Shown here one piece after another: positions 54,327 through 64,000 of a stretch of DNA of 64,000 bases (within the stretch, counting starts at the first letter, position 1; the number at the start of each line of letters is the position of its first letter). Source of the stretch: the human T2T-CHM13v2.0 reference genome, Homo sapiens; assembly GCA_009914755.4 (NCBI GenBank), contig CP086569.2:13888001-13952000 (forward strand), read 5' to 3'. The notes under the pieces were generated by a model. The model did not search any database, was not told the origin of the DNA, and saw nothing but the letters and a program-made list of their open reading frames with translations. Position numbers and translations under genes: made by a program.

Positions 54327-54588
54327 CCCCCATACTAAAATGTACAACGAGTCTTCAGGCAAAACAGTCTTACACAAGAAGAACAAAGTTAGCCATCTCA
54401 CACTTCTTCATTTCAATTTTTATTACAAAGCAATCAAATAGAATTTCACTGATACGAGAACAGACAAATAGAACAATAAAATACAATAGAGAGACCAGGA
54501 ATAAACCTTCACACTTGGTGCAATGAACTTTGCCAAAGTTGGGAGAAAGCAAAGTCTTCAACAGTGCTTAGAAACAATAGCTATTCAG

Positions 54589-59457
<4,869 letters not shown>

Positions 59458-59588
59458 GAAACAATAGCTATTCAAAAGAATGATGTTGGGCCTTTGCCTT
59501 GTATAATACACAAAAGTTAACTGAAAGTGTATTCAGGAGCTAAGTGTAAAACATAAAACTATAAAACTTTTCCAAGAAAATACAGGAG

Positions 59589-59883
<295 letters not shown>

Positions 59884-60504
59884 GAAAACACAGGAGAAAA
59901 TAAGTTATGACAGTTGATATGGCAATGAATTCTAGGATATAGGACCAAAGCATAGGCAACAACAAAATTAGATATGTTGAAATTTATCAAAATTAAAAAC
60001 TAGTTTATTCAAAAAAACTATCAATTGGGTTAAAAAGACAACCCACAAATAAGATATTTGTAGATTTCATATCTGAAAATAGATTAGTATCAAATATACA
60101 TGTAAAAAACTTCAACAACTCAAAAAAAGTTTTTAAGTGGCCAAAGGGTTTAATAGACATTTCTCCAAAAAGGCTATACCAATAGCCTATTCTATATCAC
60201 AAACCATTAAATAAATGTAAATCAAATCCATAACGAAATACTACCTTTTGGGATAGCTGTTATCAAAAAACAAAAAAGAAAGACTGAAAGAAATGTAAGA
60301 AAAAAACAATATGGCAAATGTTAGTGAATGCAGAGAAATGTGAATCTTTGTGCATTGATGGTAAAATATAAGATGATGTAGCCACTGTGAAAAACAGTTT
60401 GGCAGTGCTTCAAAGAGGTATAGAATTACCATATAAACCAAAAAAATCCATTTCTAGGTATTTTCCCCTACAGAAGTAAATGCAATTCTTTAAACATTAT
60501 ATAG

Positions 60505-60890
60505 TCTATTTGTGTTGCTATAAAGGAATACCTGAGGCTAGGTAACTTATAAAGAAAACAGTTTTATTTGCCTCATGGTTCTACAGACTGTATAAGCATG
60601 GCCCCAGGATCTGCTTCTGGTGGAGAGTCTCAAGGAGCTTCCACTCACGGCAGAAGATGAAGGGGAGTCAGCACGTGCAGAGATCACATGACAGGAAGAA
60701 GCAAGAGGAAGTGAGAGGAGGTGCCAGTTTCTTCTAACAACCAACTCTTAAGAGAATTCTCATGGAAACTGGTAGAGCAATAACTCACTCATTACTCATA
60801 CTAAGTCATTCATGAAGGATCCACCCCATGATCAAAACTCCTCCTATCAGGGCCTATCTCTAACTTTGGGGCTCAATTTCAACATGATAA
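60505..60890 (-). mobile_element. Solo MaLR LTR (THE1/MST/MLT-like), antisense, inserted in L1M
   Basis: tgttgctataaaggaatacctgaggctaggtaacttataaagaaaacagttttatttgcctcatggttctacagactgtataagcatggcc...aactcctcctatcagggcctatctctaactttggggctcaatttcaacatgataaatatcagggtc is the reverse complement of the THE1-type LTR terminus (ACCTGAGACTGGGTAATTTATAAAGGAAAGAGGTTTAAT...). Confidence 0.75.
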
Positions 60891-61899
60891 ATATCAGGGT
60901 CAAAAAATCACATCCAAATGATTGCACAGATACTTGTATACCAATGTTCAGAGCAGCACTCTTCAAAATAGTCAAAAGATTAAAACAACCCAAATGTTGT
61001 CAACAGAGGAACAAATAAACATGTGTTATATACATATGAATAGAATATTATTCGGCCTTAAAGGGAATTAAAATTTGGATACATGCTATGACATGGATAA
61101 ACTGTGGGGGAAAACTATGTAAAGTGAAAGAAACCAAACACAAATGGGCAAACATTTGTGTAGTGGAGGCAAACCTCCACTCATATGAGTTACCTAGATG
61201 AACAGGCAAATTTATAGAGACAGAAATTAGAGGCTATGAATGCTGGGGCAGAGTAATGAAAATTGTTGTTTTGTAAGTACAGAGTTTCTGTTTGGGATGA
61301 TTTTTTAATGTTCTGGAAATTCATAGTTGTAATGTTTGCACAATATTGTACCTGTTCTGATTGCCTATGAATTGGAGAATAAAAGTTGTTTAAATAAAAA
61401 CAATTGCATTAGCACACTTCAAAATACATATTTTAAAACCATAGAATTATAGTTTCTGTTTGGGTATGTAAGATGCTTGAAAGTTGTTCCTTCATCCTAG
61501 CAAGTAAAAAGCAAAACAAACTAAAAAATCAATAGTTCTTCTTAGATCTATTGGAAAACCGAGGTCACAGAACAAATTAATGCTGCCCCAAAATTAGAAA
61601 GAGACAGGAGAATATAGAGAATCACTGTTTACGGGTTATACAAGAGCAGAAATCACCACAGGAATTAGTACTCCAAAAGGAAAACCTAAACTATTGTGGA
61701 TTAATTGCTGGAAACTTAGTACGGACAAGTCTGAGAACTAAAAGCCCCAGGGACACATAGGGGAGACCCAGCAATAGGAGGACCACACAAATTGTATTTT
61801 ACCTCCAGAAGCTCTGCTAGTTTCTCACAGCAAAATCAGAGAAAAATCTACATATACTCCTTGTAGTGGTAGGAGGGAGATGGGAATTTGGAAGAACAT

Positions 61900-64000
61900 C
61901 AGAATATTCGGAAGGTTGTTTAAGATGGCTGATTAGAAGCAGCTAGTAACTGCCTGTCTGATGCAGAGGAACCAAAATAGCGAGTAAATAATAAGACTCC
62001 AACTTGATTATCTAAGAGAGCATGCTGGGATTTACCAGAGAAGCAATGCGACCCATGAAAAGTAGAGGAGAGCAGAGCCAGGCAGGGAGGCTCCCTAATG
62101 TGGTAAAGGGATAAGCAAGTGAGAGACCCCCAGGATTCCACACCTCCACCACAGACCTTTACAATCCTAGTCAAAGGAAAGCCTTATACATCCCCCTGAG
62201 CCTCCAGATTTAAAAACAATGCTACCTGGGGACTGTGCAGAGGCAACACTATAGCTGACATGAATCCCATGGGTTTTTGACCCATGAGCAGCCATTACAC
62301 CACCAAGGAGGGAGGCAAGGCACTTTCACATATCTCAAGACACATCCTACAGCCATGGTATGCAGGAGCAGGAGAAATGCATGACAACTTCTCACCTCCA
62401 CTGCTCTTACCAAATGTGTCTTGCCTGTTTCAGGCCTCCAGCACAAGTGACTTGTACCTGCCTAAATACTACAGCTATGGCTTTGTGTTTCTCTGAGAGT
62501 CCAACTCCTAAAGACTACAAATACATGCTTCACATTTGCTGCCTCCACCTCCTCTAACACTGTCATCCCCAGTATAGGGAGGGATTGGGGAGACTCAGCA
62601 CTCTTGCATGCCCCCAACAGATTGAAGATTCAAAGGATCAGCAGGTAGACTGCACACTACCTAAATCCCTGCCTTTGCTGCTTTCTACCAAACAGGACTT
62701 GCCTAATTCAGTGACATGCCTCCAGCACAGCTGCCCCAACCCCACCTGAACACTGCAGCTGCAGCTTGGTCTTCCTCTGAGAGCTCAACTCCAAGAGGCC
62801 ACTGATAACACTTTCATAATTATAGCTATTGCTGCATTTGTCCTTGCTGCCCCTGGAGCCAAGGAGAAAGTAGGGAGTCCTGGCACCTTCACTTGCTCCT
62901 AACAGCTAAATCAAACACTGCTTCTGCAGGAGGGAAGTGTGAATGTGCCATGCACCCCACAATTGCCAGTCTCCATTGCTCCACCTAAGGAGACCTCCCC
63001 TGCCGAGTGAAAGGGACACAGCACAGCCCTGCTCTTGCCTGAGAGAATAATTCAGGAAAATTTTCCTAATCGTGCTAGAGAAGTGTTAAATAAATATTCC
63101 AGATACAAGAAATTCAGAGACCACCTGTGACACAAGATGACTATTACCAGACTAGTCAAGGCAAATGCTAAAGAAAAAGTCTCAAAGGCAGCTAGAGAAA
63201 AAAGTTAAATCACCCATGAAGGAAAATTGATCAGATGAACAGTGGACTTCACAATAGAAAGCCTATAAAAGAGAACACATCGAGGGTCTAGAGTTAGATC
63301 CTTAAAGAAAAGTAGCCAACCAAAATTTCCTGCCAAACTGGGCTTCCTAAATGAAAGAGAAATAAAACATTTTCCAGATAAGCAAGTGTTAAGAGAATAT
63401 GTCACCATTAGACTGGTCCTACAGGAAATGCTCAAAGGAGTTGAAAACATGGAAACAAAAGAATAGTAGTTGCCATCAGAAAAGGACATATAAGTACAAA
63501 ACACACAGATTTTATAAGCAATTACACAACTAAAACTCCAAAACAACTAGCTAACAACACTATGAGAGGAACAAAACCTCATATATCAATATTAATTTTG
63601 AATATAAGTGGCTATATGCTCCACTTAAAAGATACTGAGTGGCAAATTGGCTAATAATGCACCTACTTGCTAAAGACACATGTGGACACATCATAAAAAA
63701 GATACATCACACATATGAAAAACAAAAGCAAGCAGAAGTAGCCATTCTCACATGAGATAAAACAGACTAAATAAATAGCAGTAAAAAAAAAGACAAAAAA
63801 AATTGATTGTACAATGATAGATGGTTCAGTACAAGAAGATTTACCCATCCTAAATGTATATGCATTCAATAGCAGAACAACCAGATTTATAAAACAAATA
63901 CTACTAGACCTAGGAAAACAGATGGATAGCAATATAATAACTGTGGGGACTTAAACATCAAACTGATATTACTAGATAGATCAAGAAGGCAGAAAATCAA
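61900..64000 (+). mobile_element. Ancient L1 (L1PB/L1MA-like) 5' UTR - ORF1 - start of ORF2, sense, continues beyond the window
   Basis: A 5' UTR-like start ggttgtttaagatggctgattagaagcagctagtaactgcc (compare CCAAGATGGCCGAATAGGAACAGCTCC). ORF1 C-terminus about 63100-63480 reads ...HEGKLIR.TVDFTIESL..EIKHFPDKQVLREYVTIRLVLQEMLKGVENMETKE. An ORF2-like start is MRGTKPHISILILNISGYMLHLKDTEWQIG at 63563. The EN region reads ...KKIDCTMIDGSVQEDLPILNVYAFNSRTTRFIKQILLDLGKQMDSNIITVG. Confidence 0.6.

Noticed and set aside
63205-63932. Minus-strand ORFs of 113 aa and 89 aa near the window end
   Set aside because: They lie antisense to a sense-oriented old L1 ORF1/ORF2 region, whose sense frames show the recognisable L1 motifs. 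The antisense ORFs have low-complexity, hydrophobic, codon-biased translations typical of A-rich L1 antisense strands.

Overview
This window reads as primate (human-type) interspersed-repeat DNA with no convincing host exon, rRNA, tRNA, CRISPR or any prokaryotic-style system. I found no evidence of a novel biological system; it looks like a gene-poor intergenic region or a large intron. All boundaries are read by eye and are approximate (about +/-10 bp unless a TSD fixes them).

The window is built from LINE-1 elements of several ages, at least 20 Alu copies, two solo MaLR (THE1/MST-like) LTRs, and one roughly 7.2-kb HERV-K-like provirus. Essentially every long ORF in the six-frame track is a remnant of L1 ORF1/ORF2, a remnant of retroviral gag/pol/env, or an Alu read through in frame.

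The most structured objects are:
- A minus-strand provirus at 14142-21363 with two 558-bp LTRs (TGTTGGG...CCCAACA), a tRNA-Lys primer-binding site, a polypurine tract and a 6-bp target-site duplication (TSD). It carries RT and env motifs, has a large gag-pro deletion, and has an Alu inside pol.
- A full-length L1PA at 6173-12291 (minus) with a perfect 20-bp TSD, nested inside an older L1.
- A full-length L1PA at 24505-30690 (plus).
- An L1PA with a 5' inversion (twin-priming-like) at 49067-52148, which contains a young AluY with a perfect 15-bp TSD.
- A 5'-truncated L1PA at 54589-59457 with a 17-bp TSD, inserted into an ancient L1M.
- A dense nested cluster of antisense L1M/L1PB copies carrying Alu insertions at 32880-47100.
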